From NCBI GenBank assembly GCA_021741645.1, contig JAIOXK010000004.1, forward strand, positions 1,182-65,181: DNA of 64,000 nucleotides, in the 5' to 3' direction. Of the stretch, positions 1-9,843 are shown piece by piece. Source of the DNA: Candidatus Nanopelagicales bacterium. GTDB lineage: Bacteria; Actinomycetota; Actinomycetes; S36-B12. The notes beneath the pieces were generated by a model that worked only from the letters and a program-made list of their open reading frames with translations, ran no database searches and was not told the DNA's origin. The position numbers and the translations under genes were made by a program. Position 1 is the first letter of the stretch, and each line of letters starts with the position of its first letter.

Positions 1-1443
1 ATCGAGGGCGGCTGGCCGGGTGCGCTGCCCAAGGACACAGAGTTCTTCCAGCGTGCGCAGAGCGAGCTCTCCCTGAAGAACGCGGAACTGGTCGCCTTCG
101 GCGCCACGCGCAAGGCGGGAGTCGCGGTCGAGGAGGACCAGCAGGTGCGTGCGCTGCTCGACTCTCAGGCGCCCGTCATCACCCTGGTCGCCAAGTCTGA
201 TGTTCGGCATGTGGCCGAGGCGTTGCGGACCACGCTCGACGAGAACGAGGCCATGGTGCGGGACACGGTCCGCTTCCTCGTGAGCGAGGGACGCCGTGTC
301 TTCGTCGACATGGAGCACTTCTTCGACGGCTACAAGCACGATCGGGACTACGGCGTCCGGCTCCTGATCGCGGCTGCCGACGCCGGCGCCTCGGTGGGTG
401 TCCTGTGCGACACCAATGGCGGCATGCTGCCCCACGGAATGTTCGAGGTGGTCACGGATGTCAAGGAGCGCTCAGGTGTGCGCCTTGGAATCCACTGTCA
501 GGACGACACCGGATGCGCCATCGCGAATTCCGTCTCGGCCGTCGAGGCGGGTGTTTCCCATGTCCAGTGCACGGCGAACGGGTACGGGGAGCGCACGGGC
601 AATGCCGATCTCTTCGTCGTCGTTCCGAACCTGCAGTTGAAGCTGGGAATCGACTGCCTGCCCGACGGTGCTCTGCAGGAGACCGTGCGCATCTCCCATG
701 CGATCGCGGAGATCGCCAACATCGCTCCCAACACCCATCAGCCCTATGCCGGGTGGGCATCATTCGCGCACAAGGCCGGCCTGCACGCGAGCGCACTCAA
801 GGTCAACGCGGACCTCTACAACCACATTGATCCGTCGGTGGTGGGCAACCAGCAGAACGTCCTCGTCACCGAGATGGCTGGTCGTGCATCGATCGAGCTC
901 AAGGGCGCCGAGCTCGGCCACGACCTCTCAGGCAAGCCGGAAGTGGTCAGTCGGGTCGTCGAGCAGGTGAAGGTCCTGGAGTCGCAGGGGTGGAGCTTCG
1001 AGGCGGCGGATGCCTCCTTCGAACTCCTCATTCTCGGCAGTGAGGGCAAGGAGCTCTCCTTCGAGGTGGAGTCCTGGCGCACCATCGTCGAGCAGGACGC
1101 TGACGGTGTCGTGCGCACCGAGGCGACGGTGAAGATCCACCTGGACGGCGAGCGCATCATCTCCACTGCCGAGGGCAACGGCCCGGTCAATGCACTCGAC
1201 CGAGCGCTCCGTCGAGCGATCGTCCAGAAGTACCCCGAGCTGGAAGGCATGCGGCTGGTCGACTACAAGGTCCGCATCCTTGACGAGAAGGCTGGCACCG
1301 GGGCCAAGACCCGTGTGCTGATCGGCACCACTGACGGCCAGGATTCGTGGAGCACCGTTGGCGTGCACGAGAACGTCATCGCAGCGTCCTGGCGTTCGCT
1401 GGAGGACGCCGTCCGTTACGGGCTGCTGAGGCTCTCTCGGTAG
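1..1443 (+). CDS. cimA: Citramalate synthase (LeuA/CimA family), 5'-truncated by the window edge
   Basis: Frame is open from base 1 (IEGGWPGALPKDTEFF); LCDTNGG, HCQDD, GYGERTGNA, AHKAGLH motifs and C-terminal regulatory domain (GNGPVNALD). Confidence 0.9.
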   Translation: MEGGWPGALPKDTEFFQRAQSELSLKNAELVAFGATRKAGVAVEEDQQVRALLDSQAPVITLVAKSDVRHVAEALRTTLDENEAMVRDTVRFLVSEGRRVFVDMEHFFDGYKHDRDYGVRLLIAAADAGASVGVLCDTNGGMLPHGMFEVVTDVKERSGVRLGIHCQDDTGCAIANSVSAVEAGVSHVQCTANGYGERTGNADLFVVVPNLQLKLGIDCLPDGALQETVRISHAIAEIANIAPNTHQPYAGWASFAHKAGLHASALKVNADLYNHIDPSVVGNQQNVLVTEMAGRASIELKGAELGHDLSGKPEVVSRVVEQVKVLESQGWSFEAADASFELLILGSEGKELSFEVESWRTIVEQDADGVVRTEATVKIHLDGERIISTAEGNGPVNALDRALRRAIVQKYPELEGMRLVDYKVRILDEKAGTGAKTRVLIGTTDGQDSWSTVGVHENVIAASWRSLEDAVRYGLLRLSR

Positions 1444-1452
1444 GGTCGCCGC

Positions 1453-2217
1453 GTGCGCATCTGTCGAGTGTCCGTGGACGACGAGCTTCACTATGGAGTC
1501 ATCGAGGGAGAGGGCGTCGCTCTCCTGACCAGCCACCCGTTCGGGCCGTTCGAGCCGGAGGGTCGGGTGTTCGCCCTGGCGGACGTCCGTCTGGTGGCGC
1601 CGGTCCTGCCGTCCAAGGTGGTGGCAGTGGGCAGGAACTACCTCGACCATGTGCGTGAGATGGGCGGGGACAAGCCACCGAGCGAACCCATGATCTTCCT
1701 CAAGCCCAGTACCTCCGTGATCGGTCCGGGGGAGCCGATCCTGCTGCCGTGGCAGTCCGAACAGGTAGAGCATGAGGCGGAGATCGCGGTGGTCATCGGC
1801 CGGCTCTGTCGAGACGTGCCCGAGGACCGTGTGAACGAGGTGATCCTGGGTTACACGTGCGCCAACGACGTCACCGCGCGGGATCTCCAGGGCACCGATG
1901 GGCAATGGGGGCGGGCCAAGGGTTTCGATTCGTTCTGCCCCCTCGGTCCGTGGATCGAGACGGATCTGGATGTTGAGGACGCCACCGTCACGTGCACCGT
2001 CAACGGTGAGCTCCGGCAGTCGGCGGTCGGCGCCGATATGGTGCGCGCGATTCCTGAACTGGTGGCGTGGATCAGTTCGGTCATGACACTGCTGCCCGGC
2101 GACGTGATCCTCACCGGTACTCCAGCCGGCGTGGGCCGTCTGGAAGCGGGCGACGAAACGAGCGTTTCGATCAGTGGGATCGGGACCCTGACGAATCCGG
2201 TGACAGATCGTGGCTGA
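1453..2217 (+). CDS. Fumarylacetoacetate hydrolase family protein
   Basis: [46 protein letters not shown]; usual position before gltX. Confidence 0.9.
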   Translation: MRICRVSVDDELHYGVIEGEGVALLTSHPFGPFEPEGRVFALADVRLVAPVLPSKVVAVGRNYLDHVREMGGDKPPSEPMIFLKPSTSVIGPGEPILLPWQSEQVEHEAEIAVVIGRLCRDVPEDRVNEVILGYTCANDVTARDLQGTDGQWGRAKGFDSFCPLGPWIETDLDVEDATVTCTVNGELRQSAVGADMVRAIPELVAWISSVMTLLPGDVILTGTPAGVGRLEAGDETSVSISGIGTLTNPVTDRG

Positions 2218-3688
2218 TGACGTTCGAGTCCGCTTCTGCCCCTCGCCCACGGGCAATCCTCATGTGGGAATGGTGCGCACGGCGTTGTTCAACTGGGCAT
2301 TCGCGCGCCACACGGGTGGAACCTTCGTCTTCCGGATCGAGGACACCGACAGCGCGCGCGACAGCGAGGAGTCCTACGACGCCTTGCTTGAGGCTCTCGG
2401 CTGGCTGGGCCTGAACTGGGATGAAGGGCCGCTCGTCGGTGGTCCCTACGGCCCCTACCGGCAGTCTGAGCGGATGCGCGATGGCGTCTACTCGGATGTC
2501 GCACAGCGACTCGAGGCAGCGGGGTTTGCCTATCGGTGCTACTGCTCACCTCAAGAGCTTGAGGAACGACGCGAGATGGCCAAGGCCGAGCGCCGCGCTC
2601 CTGGCTATGACGGTCACTGCCGCGAGCTCACCGCTGAGCGGATTGAGGCGTATGAGGAGGAGGGGCGCAGCGCCGTGCTCCGCTTCCGGATGCCCGATCA
2701 GGAGTGGACCTGGGACGACCTCGTGCGCGGGCCCATCACCTTTGCGCCTGATCAGGTTCCTGACTTCGTGCTGCTCCGGGCGAACGGGGAGCCCCTCTAC
2801 ACCTTGGTCAACCCGGTCGACGACGCATTGATGCGTATCACCCACGTGCTGCGCGGTGAGGATCTGCTGTCGTCCACCCCACGTCAGCTCGCCCTCTACA
2901 GTGCGCTCGGAGCGATCGGCGTCACCGACGGATCCATCCCGGCATTCGGGCACCTTCCCTACGTCATGGGGGAGGGGAACAAGAAGCTGTCGAAGCGGGA
3001 TCCGGAGTCGTCACTGCAGTGGTACCGAGACGAGGGCTATCTGCCCGAGGCGCTGCTCAACTACCTGTCGCTGCTCGGCTGGTCGATGGGTGAGGACCGG
3101 GAGTTCTACGGCAAGGACGAACTGGCGGCGGCCTTCACCCTCGATCGGGTCAGCCCCAATCCCGCTCGCTTCGATCTGAAGAAGTGCACGGCGATCAACG
3201 GGGATTGGATTCGGACGCTCTCCGTCGACGACCTGATCGATCGGATTGTGCCGTTCCTGCAGCGCGCAGGGCTGGTGACGGGCACCGTGGAGGCGTCGAC
3301 CTCCGACGTCCTTCGACGTGCCGTGCCGCTCGTGCAGGAGCGAATGGAGACCCTCAGCCAGGCCCCTTCGATGCTCGGCTTCCTGCTCGTCTCCGGATCT
3401 GATTTCACCGTTGATGAGGCGGATGCGGCGTCCCAGCTCGACGAGAAGGGCCGGGCCGTGGTTGCAGCCGCGCTGTCTGCGGTGACCGATCTGGAGGCAT
3501 GGGATGCCGAGAGCATCGAGGGCGCTCTGCGCGCAGCACTGATTGATGGTCTGGGCCTGAAGCCGAAGTTGGCCTTCGGGCCCGTTCGCGTCGCGGTGAC
3601 CGGGCGTCGCGTCTCACCGCCGCTGTTCGAGTCCATGGAGATTCTGGGCAGAGACGTATCACTGGAACGGCTGGCGGCGGCCCAGTAG
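2210..3688 (+). CDS. gltX: Glutamate--tRNA ligase
   Basis: [13 protein letters not shown] (HIGH-like), RIEDTD, KLSKR (KMSKS-like), SPPLFE. Confidence 0.97.
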   Translation: MADDVRVRFCPSPTGNPHVGMVRTALFNWAFARHTGGTFVFRIEDTDSARDSEESYDALLEALGWLGLNWDEGPLVGGPYGPYRQSERMRDGVYSDVAQRLEAAGFAYRCYCSPQELEERREMAKAERRAPGYDGHCRELTAERIEAYEEEGRSAVLRFRMPDQEWTWDDLVRGPITFAPDQVPDFVLLRANGEPLYTLVNPVDDALMRITHVLRGEDLLSSTPRQLALYSALGAIGVTDGSIPAFGHLPYVMGEGNKKLSKRDPESSLQWYRDEGYLPEALLNYLSLLGWSMGEDREFYGKDELAAAFTLDRVSPNPARFDLKKCTAINGDWIRTLSVDDLIDRIVPFLQRAGLVTGTVEASTSDVLRRAVPLVQERMETLSQAPSMLGFLLVSGSDFTVDEADAASQLDEKGRAVVAAALSAVTDLEAWDAESIEGALRAALIDGLGLKPKLAFGPVRVAVTGRRVSPPLFESMEILGRDVSLERLAAAQ

Positions 3689-3764
3689 TCACGCCTGCAG
3701 GCGACCGGTGTCAGCGCGTGTGGAGAATGCGTCTATACTCGTCAGGCCGCTTGCGGCAGCCATT

Positions 3765-3836
3765 TGGGGTATGGGGTAATTGGCAGCCCAACTGATTCTG
3801 ATTCAGTTAGTCTAGGTTCGAGTCCTGGTACCCCAG
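3765..3836 (+). tRNA. tRNA-Gln(CTG), CCA not encoded
   Basis: Acceptor TGGGGTA/TACCCCA, anticodon arm ACTGA-TTCTGAT-TCAGT, T-loop GGTTCGAGTCC. Confidence 0.95.
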
Positions 3837-3917
3837 CGATACGAGGTGCCTGTCGTGATCTCGTCTCTCCCGTTCGCTACAGTTCGCCTCGCTTGCGAAA
3901 GTACGGACGATCTGCAC

Positions 3918-3990
3918 GGCCCCGTTGTGTAGTGGCCTAGCACGCCGCCCTCTCAAGGCGGTAGCGCGGGTTCGAATCCCGTCGGGGCTA
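3918..3990 (+). tRNA. tRNA-Glu(CTC), CCA not encoded
   Basis: Acceptor GGCCCCG/CGGGGCT, anticodon arm CCGCC-CTCTCAA-GGCGG, T-loop GGTTCGAATCC. Confidence 0.95.
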
Positions 3991-3997
3991 CGCGAAG

Positions 3998-4030
3998 CAG
4001 AAGGCCTTCCCGGTGAGGGGAGGCCTTCTG
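3998..4030 (+). terminator. Hairpin/intrinsic terminator after the tRNA pair
   Basis: CAGAAGGCCTTCCC-GGTGA-GGGGAGGCCTTCTG, 14-bp stem with one G-U pair. Confidence 0.75.
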
Positions 4031-4069
4031 TCATTTCGCCTGTCATTTCGCCCGTCATTTCGCCAGTCA
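4030..4069. repeat. 12-bp tandem repeat, about 3.3 copies
   Basis: GTCATTTCGCC(T/C/A) x3 followed by GTCA. Confidence 0.9.
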
Positions 4070-4249
4070 CGCGTCGACTGAATTCGGGCCGTCCCCAGCA
4101 GGGAGCGGGCTCATGGCCGGTCGAAAACGCGCACGAGACCACCGATAGAATCAGCCTCTGCATCGACGGCGCACAAGCCGTGAGTCTCGAGATTCAGACG
4201 CAGACACCTCGGCCCGGCCCGAGCAGCGCACACCGAACCACGCACGTCA

Positions 4250-4285
4250 GCACCGACCGAAGCAACGACCGAAGCACCGACTGAA
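4250..4285. repeat. 12-bp tandem repeat x3 in the leuC leader
   Basis: GCACCGACCGAA GCAACGACCGAA GCACCGACTGAA. Confidence 0.85.
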
Positions 4286-4303
4286 TGAGCGACCGGAGGA
4301 AGC

Positions 4304-5716
4304 ATGGGACGCACGCTGGCCGAGAAGGTCTGGCAGGACCACATCGTCCGACAGGCTGAGGGAGAGCCGGACCTGCTCTACATCGACCTGCATCTGGTCC
4401 ATGAGGTCACGAGTCCGCAGGCATTTGACGGGCTCCGCGCCGCAGGCCGAACCGTGCGTCGGCCGGATCTGACGCTCGCGACCGAAGATCACAACACGCC
4501 CACCATCGACATCCTCAAGCCGATCGCGGACCCAATCTCGCGGGCCCAGATCGAGGCCCTTCGGAGCAATTGCGCCGAGTTCGGGGTTCCCGTCTACTCA
4601 CTGGGAAGCATCGACCAGGGCATCGTCCATGTCGTCGGCCCGCAGCTCGGGCTGACCCAGCCCGGCATGACGGTGGTGTGCGGCGACTCGCACACGTCGA
4701 CGCATGGGGCCTTCGGTGCCCTTGCCTTCGGCATCGGCACGAGCGAGGTGGAGCACGTGCTCGCCACGCAGACACTTCCCCTCAAGCCCTTCAAGACCAT
4801 GGCCATCACCGTCGAGGGTGACCTTCCCGCGGGTGTGACGGCGAAGGACGTGATCCTGGCGGTGATCGCGAAGATCGGCACGGGAGGTGGACAGGGATAT
4901 GTCCTTGAGTACCGCGGATCGGCCATCCGGGCGCTGTCGATGGAAGGTCGCATGACCTTGTGCAACATGTCCATCGAGGCCGGCGCACGTGCCGGACTCG
5001 TGGCTCCTGACGACGTGACCTTCGAGTACCTCGCCGGACGCCAGCACGCACCGAAGGGTGCTGACTGGGAGGCCGCTGTCGACTACTGGCGCACCCTTCC
5101 CAGCGACGACGATGCGACGTACGACGCCGAGGTCGTGATCGATGCGACAACGCTGGCACCCTTCATCACCTGGGGAACGAACCCCGGGCAGGGCCTGCCG
5201 CTCGACGCCAGCGTGCCCTCGCCTGATGATGCTCGTGACGACGTCGATCGGGTGGCCATCGAACGTGCGTTGGAGTACATGGATCTCACACCGGGGATGC
5301 CGCTTCGAGACATCACCGTGGACACCGTGTTCGTCGGTTCGTGCACCAATGGGCGAATCGAGGACCTGCGAGCCGTTGCAGAAGTCCTGCAGGGACGACG
5401 GGTGGCCGACTCGGTTCGCATGCTGGTGGTGCCCGGCTCGGTTCGCGTCAAGCACCAGGCCGAGGACGAGGGGCTCGACAAGATCTTCCTTGCGGCCGGG
5501 GCCGAATGGCGCGAGGCCGGATGCTCCATGTGCCTGGCGATGAACCCGGACAAGCTGACACCGGGGGAGCGCAGCGCCTCCACCTCGAACCGCAACTTCG
5601 AGGGCCGTCAAGGACCTGGTGGTCGAACTCACCTCGTCTCACCCGCGGTGGCTGCCGCGACGGCAGTCACCGGCCACCTGTCCGCCCCATCCGACCTGTC
5701 GTCCGCGACTTCCTGA
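4304..5716 (+). CDS. leuC: 3-isopropylmalate dehydratase large subunit
   Basis: [39 protein letters not shown]; RBS GGAGG. Confidence 0.97.
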   Translation: MGRTLAEKVWQDHIVRQAEGEPDLLYIDLHLVHEVTSPQAFDGLRAAGRTVRRPDLTLATEDHNTPTIDILKPIADPISRAQIEALRSNCAEFGVPVYSLGSIDQGIVHVVGPQLGLTQPGMTVVCGDSHTSTHGAFGALAFGIGTSEVEHVLATQTLPLKPFKTMAITVEGDLPAGVTAKDVILAVIAKIGTGGGQGYVLEYRGSAIRALSMEGRMTLCNMSIEAGARAGLVAPDDVTFEYLAGRQHAPKGADWEAAVDYWRTLPSDDDATYDAEVVIDATTLAPFITWGTNPGQGLPLDASVPSPDDARDDVDRVAIERALEYMDLTPGMPLRDITVDTVFVGSCTNGRIEDLRAVAEVLQGRRVADSVRMLVVPGSVRVKHQAEDEGLDKIFLAAGAEWREAGCSMCLAMNPDKLTPGERSASTSNRNFEGRQGPGGRTHLVSPAVAAATAVTGHLSAPSDLSSATS

Positions 5717-5734
5717 GACCGAACGGAGCATCCG

Positions 5735-6331
5735 ATGGAGAAGTTCATCGTCCACACGGGAACGGCGATCCCGCTGCGGCGCAGCAATGTCGACACCGAC
5801 CAGATCATTCCCGCGGAGTACCTCAAGCGGATCACTCGTCACGGTTTCGAGGACGGCCTGTTCTCGGCGTGGCGCAAGGATCCGGACTTCGTGCTGAACC
5901 GACCCGAGTACGCGGGGGCGAGCATCCTCGTTGCTGGTCCTGACTTCGGTACCGGATCCAGTCGCGAGCACGCCGTCTGGGCCCTTCAGGACTACGGGTT
6001 CGCCGTGGTGCTGTCCTCGCGGTTCGCGGACATCTTCCGGGGAAACTCAGGCAAGGGCGGTCTGCTGACTGCTCAACTCGATCAGGACGTCATCGAGAGC
6101 CTCTGGGCTGCCATCGAGGCTGATCCCTCGATGGAGGTCACGGTCGACCTGGACAGCCGACAGGTGCGTGCTGGCGACATCGTCGCTGATTTCGACGTCG
6201 ACGACTATGTCCGCTGGCGCCTGATGGAGGGGCTCGATGACATCGGCATCACGCTGAAGCAGGCGGACGCCATCGATGCCTTCGAAGCGACCCGACCCAC
6301 GTGGAAGCCGACCACCACTCCCGTTGCCTGA
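5735..6331 (+). CDS. leuD: 3-isopropylmalate dehydratase small subunit
   Basis: [28 protein letters not shown]. Confidence 0.97.
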   Translation: MEKFIVHTGTAIPLRRSNVDTDQIIPAEYLKRITRHGFEDGLFSAWRKDPDFVLNRPEYAGASILVAGPDFGTGSSREHAVWALQDYGFAVVLSSRFADIFRGNSGKGGLLTAQLDQDVIESLWAAIEADPSMEVTVDLDSRQVRAGDIVADFDVDDYVRWRLMEGLDDIGITLKQADAIDAFEATRPTWKPTTTPVA

Positions 6332-6532
6332 TCCGGACCGATGCTGGACCTGTCGAATCGGCGGGTGATTACGTGATGTGGATCACGGCTGAGGTGGCCG
6401 CATCCCGGCGGCGTGAATCCGTTGGCCCACAAGGATTTCGTCGGCGTGGCGCGGACGCGCGGGGTACCTGCGCACGTAGGCTGGCATCGCCGGCAGATAG
6501 GTGCCGGCCTGACACCCTCCGGAGGGGTACTA

Positions 6533-7039
6533 GTGAACAAGGCTGAACTGATTGACGCAGTGGCGGGACGACTCGGCCACAGCAAGCGTGACGTGACAGA
6601 CATCGTCGATGCGTTCATCGAGGAGACCAAGAAGGCGGTCGTTCGCGGCGAGAAGGTCGCGGTCAGCGGCTTCGGCGTGTTCGAGAGCCAGGCCCGCAAG
6701 GCCCGCCTGGGACGCAACCCGCGTACGGGTGAGACCGTGAAGATCAAGGCCACCAAGCTGCCCAAGTTCCGTCCCGGTACGGAGTTCAAGGCGGTGGTCT
6801 CGGGCGCCAAGAAGATCGTGAGCAAGTCGGCTCCGGCCAAGAAGGCTGCACCGGCGAAGAAGGCTCCGGCCAAGAAGGCTGCACCGGCGAAGAAGGCTCC
6901 GGCCAAGAAGGCTGCACCGGCCAAGAAGGCTGTTGCCAAGAAGGCTCCGGCCAAGAAGGCTGCACCGGCCAAGAAGGCTGTTGCCAAGAAGGCTCCGGCC
7001 AAGAAGGTCGCCAAGAAGGCACCTGCACGTCGCAAGTAG
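6533..7039 (+). CDS. hupB: HU/HupB nucleoid protein with histone-H1-like PAKKA tail
   Basis: GTG start after GGAGGGG; [25 protein letters not shown]; many PAKKA repeats. Confidence 0.93.
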   Translation: MNKAELIDAVAGRLGHSKRDVTDIVDAFIEETKKAVVRGEKVAVSGFGVFESQARKARLGRNPRTGETVKIKATKLPKFRPGTEFKAVVSGAKKIVSKSAPAKKAAPAKKAPAKKAAPAKKAPAKKAAPAKKAVAKKAPAKKAAPAKKAVAKKAPAKKVAKKAPARRK

Positions 7040-7047
7040 CACTGACT

Positions 7048-7097
7048 GACGAAGAGGAACTCCTGCGCCGATACCGGCGCAGGAGGTCCTCTTCGTT
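7048..7097. terminator. Long hairpin between convergent hupB and cofC (probably a bidirectional terminator)
   Basis: GACGAAGAGGAACTCCTGCGCCG-ATAC-CGGCGCAGGAGGTCCTCTTCGTT, about 23-bp stem with one mismatch. Confidence 0.8.
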
Positions 7098-7209
7098 GTG
7101 ACCCGAGTAAGACGTGACCCGAGTAAGACGTGACCCGAGTAAGAGGTGACGTGAGTAAGCGGTGACCCGAGTAAGAGGTGACGTGAGTGAGAGGTGACGT
7201 GAGTGAGGG
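7098..7209. repeat. 16-bp tandem array, 7 copies
   Basis: Consensus GTGAC(CC/GT)GAGT(A/G)AG(A/C/G)(C/G); copies start at 7098, 7114, 7130, 7146, 7162, 7178, 7194. Confidence 0.95.
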
Positions 7210-7220
7210 GTTGATCCGCG

Positions 7221-7868
7221 TCAGGGGTTGACGTGAATCAGGCGTGAATCTTGGACCAGCCGGCCGGTGTGTGGACCCAACGTGGATGGGTCGGCCGTCA
7301 GGGCGTCGAGGGTGTCGGCATCGCGGCGAGCTGGCTCCACGCGGGGATCCGGATCAATCAGGGCCAGGTCCACGGCACCCATGGCGGTGTGGGCGACTCG
7401 GGAGTCCGCTCCGAAGTGCGGCGGGAACGCCGACAGACTGCCGGCCATCCACATGGTGGTTCCGGTGCCCTCGGCATCGGCCAGGAATGCGACCTCGTGC
7501 TCCTGTGCTGCGTTGAGAGCAGCGGACAGGGAGTCCGACGTCAGGCGCGGAAGGTCGGACACGACCACGGCGATTCGTGTTCCGGCAGGTGCGAACCCGG
7601 CGGCCCAGGTGACGGCGGCATTGATGCCCTCGTGACCGGAGTCGTCGATGATCCGCGCCCCGTGTCGGCGCGCGATGTGAGTCACGCTGGGGTCGTGCGA
7701 AGCGATCAGGATCTGCTCGACCTCGGCTGTGTCGGCAATAGCGGCAAGGACGTCCTCGAGAAAGGCTCGCGCGAGATCTGCCGGTGCCGAGTACTCCTCG
7801 GCCATCCGCGACTTCGCTGATGCCAGGGACTTGACGGGCACGATCACGGTCCACCGTCGGCTGGTCAC
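7221..7868 (-). CDS. cofC: 2-phospho-L-lactate/PEP guanylyltransferase (F420 biosynthesis, CofC/FbiD)
   Basis: VIVPVK..AKSR, SDLP, DAEGTGT, HFG..S..AH, RRDADT; usual position divergent from plsC-gpsA; start approximate. Confidence 0.85.
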   Translation of the reverse strand: MTSRRWTVIVPVKSLASAKSRMAEEYSAPADLARAFLEDVLAAIADTAEVEQILIASHDPSVTHIARRHGARIIDDSGHEGINAAVTWAAGFAPAGTRIAVVVSDLPRLTSDSLSAALNAAQEHEVAFLADAEGTGTTMWMAGSLSAFPPHFGADSRVAHTAMGAVDLALIDPDPRVEPARRDADTLDALTADPSTLGPHTGRLVQDSRLIHVNP

Positions 7869-7971
7869 CTCCCCATCCAACACCCCAGGGGCACTCCGCT
7901 GCACATGCGTGACCTGCCCCGGGAACGGAGCGCAGGCGTTAGTGTCGGGGAAGGCGGGACGCAGTGGTGCT

Positions 7972-8003
7972 GAGACGGGACATCTCCGAGACGGGACATC
8001 TCC
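7972..8003. repeat. Perfect 16-bp tandem duplication
   Basis: GAGACGGGACATCTCC x2 in the cofC/plsC divergent intergenic region. Confidence 0.9.
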
Positions 8004-8019
8004 ATGAGGGAGGCGCGAG

Positions 8020-8751
8020 GTGCATAGTCGAGTCACCAGGCGAGATCGCCTCGGACCGGGGTTCCGGCTGGCGGTGGCGCTCCTATGGCCCGTGCTGCGG
8101 ACCACGGTGCGCTGGGACATCCGCGGAGCAGCTCAACTGACCGATGCGCGCGGCGGTGCGATCATCGCCACCAATCACCTGTCCTGGTTCGACCCACTGG
8201 TGGTCGCCTATGTCGCGTGGTTCGCGGATCGGCCACCGCGGTTCCTGGCCAAGGAGGAGATGTTCCGGGTTCCTCTGATCGGAGCCATCATTCGCAATGC
8301 GGGCCAGATTCCGGTCTACCGCGAGACCGCCGATGCGTCGAATGCCATCCGGGACGCGCTTGATGCCCTGGACCGATCCGAGTGCATCGTCGTCTACCCG
8401 GAGGGCACGATCACGCGCGATCCGGGTCTCTGGCCGATGTCCGCCAAGACGGGTGCGGTGCGCATGGCCTTGATGTCGGGTGCACCGCTGTTCCCGATGG
8501 CTCAGTGGGGGTCACAAGATGTCATGGCTCCGTACTCCAAGCGGATCCGGCTCTTTCCGCGCAAGACCATGCACGTTCGGGTGGGGGCGCCCGTGGATCT
8601 CAGTGATCTCGTGGATCGCCCGCTGGACGCTGACACGATGGCCCTCGCCGGCGAGCGGCTCATGGACGCCATCACTGGGCTGCTCGCCGAGATTCGCGGA
8701 GAGACCCCGCCGCCGAGCCGTATGGTCTTCCGCAGGGGCTCCCCGGAATGA
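8020..8751 (+). CDS. Lysophospholipid acyltransferase (PlsC family)
   Basis: NHLSWFD (HxxxxD), FLAKEE, YPEGT, KTGA. Confidence 0.9.
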   Translation: MHSRVTRRDRLGPGFRLAVALLWPVLRTTVRWDIRGAAQLTDARGGAIIATNHLSWFDPLVVAYVAWFADRPPRFLAKEEMFRVPLIGAIIRNAGQIPVYRETADASNAIRDALDALDRSECIVVYPEGTITRDPGLWPMSAKTGAVRMALMSGAPLFPMAQWGSQDVMAPYSKRIRLFPRKTMHVRVGAPVDLSDLVDRPLDADTMALAGERLMDAITGLLAEIRGETPPPSRMVFRRGSPE

Positions 8752-8800
8752 TGTCCTTCGGCAACCGGGAGCACTGCGGCGATCAACCTAGGAGGCGGCT

Positions 8801-9814
8801 ATGACGCGCGTGGCGATCATGGGCAGCGGCTCCTGGGGAACTGCCTTCGGAATGGTCCTCGCTGATGCAGGCAGTGATGTGGTGATCTGGGGCCGCAATC
8901 CTGAGGTGGTCGCAGATATCGATGTGAATCACCGCAACGAGGCCTTCCACCCTGGCGTCGTGCTGCCCACGCGGATCTCGGCGACGGTTGATGCTCGTGT
9001 TGCGCTGGCGGATGCGTCGATCGTCGTGCTGGCGGTGCCCGCGCAGGTGCTGCGAGCCAATCTTGGGGCGTGGGGGGAGGAGATCGATCACGATGCCGTC
9101 CTCGTCAGCCTGATGAAGGGGATCGAGATCGGCACGACCAAGCGCATGAGCCAGGTGATCATGGAGTCGGCCGGAGTGACGTCGGAGCGCGTCGCCGTGG
9201 TGTCGGGCCCGAATCTGGCCAGGGAGATCGCCGCGCGTCAGCCAGCGGCCACCACGGTGGCCTGTGTGGATGAGGCCAGCGCTCGCCGACTGCAGGAGGC
9301 CTGCACGACTGACTACTTCCGGCCGTATTGGACGACCGACGTCGTGGGCACGGAGATCGGTGGCGCGGTGAAGAACGTCATCGCGGTCGCCAACGGGATG
9401 GCCGCCGGCATGGGTCTTGGTGAGAACTCCCAAGCGTCGCTGATCACCAGGGGCCTGGCGGAGATGGCCAGGCTCGGGGTGGCCCTGGGGGCTGACCCGC
9501 TGACCTTTCAGGGTCTGGCCGGGGTGGGGGATCTGGTGGCCACCTGCCAGTCGCCGCTGTCGCGCAACCGGACCTTCGGCTTCAACCTCGGGCAGGGCCT
9601 GTCTGTCGACGAGACGATCGCTGCCACGAGCCAGACCTGCGAGGCGTACAAGAGCTGCCAGCCGATTCTCGCCCTAGGCCGCGAGCATGGCGTGGATATG
9701 CCCATCACCGAGCAGGTGGTTGAAGTCCTGTACAACGGCCGATCCCCCAAGTTGATGGCGGCGGCCTTCATGTCGCGTGACACCAAGTCAGAAGCGCTGC
9801 TCAGGGACTCGTAG
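8801..9814 (+). CDS. gpsA: NAD(P)H-dependent glycerol-3-phosphate dehydrogenase
   Basis: GSGSWGTA, KGIE, SGPNLA, KNVIA, GVGDLVATC, SRNR. Confidence 0.96.
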   Translation: MTRVAIMGSGSWGTAFGMVLADAGSDVVIWGRNPEVVADIDVNHRNEAFHPGVVLPTRISATVDARVALADASIVVLAVPAQVLRANLGAWGEEIDHDAVLVSLMKGIEIGTTKRMSQVIMESAGVTSERVAVVSGPNLAREIAARQPAATTVACVDEASARRLQEACTTDYFRPYWTTDVVGTEIGGAVKNVIAVANGMAAGMGLGENSQASLITRGLAEMARLGVALGADPLTFQGLAGVGDLVATCQSPLSRNRTFGFNLGQGLSVDETIAATSQTCEAYKSCQPILALGREHGVDMPITEQVVEVLYNGRSPKLMAAAFMSRDTKSEALLRDS

Positions 9815-9843
9815 CCGCCATCCCACCAGGCCGCAGGATGGCG

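Noticed and set aside
3765-4100. tRNA-anchored genomic island
   Set aside because: No integrase follows and no duplicated tRNA 3' end was seen; leuC follows directly
4113-4284. Leucine attenuator leader peptide before leuC
   Set aside because: The short ORFs (MAGRKRARDHR; VSLEIQTQ...) contain no Leu run and no terminator/antiterminator pair is evident
6820-7039. PAKKA repeat region as a novel repeat element
   Set aside because: This is the well-known histone-H1-like tail of actinobacterial HupB
7098-7209. Possible CRISPR array
   Set aside because: The 16-bp units abut directly with no unique spacers, and there are no cas genes in the window
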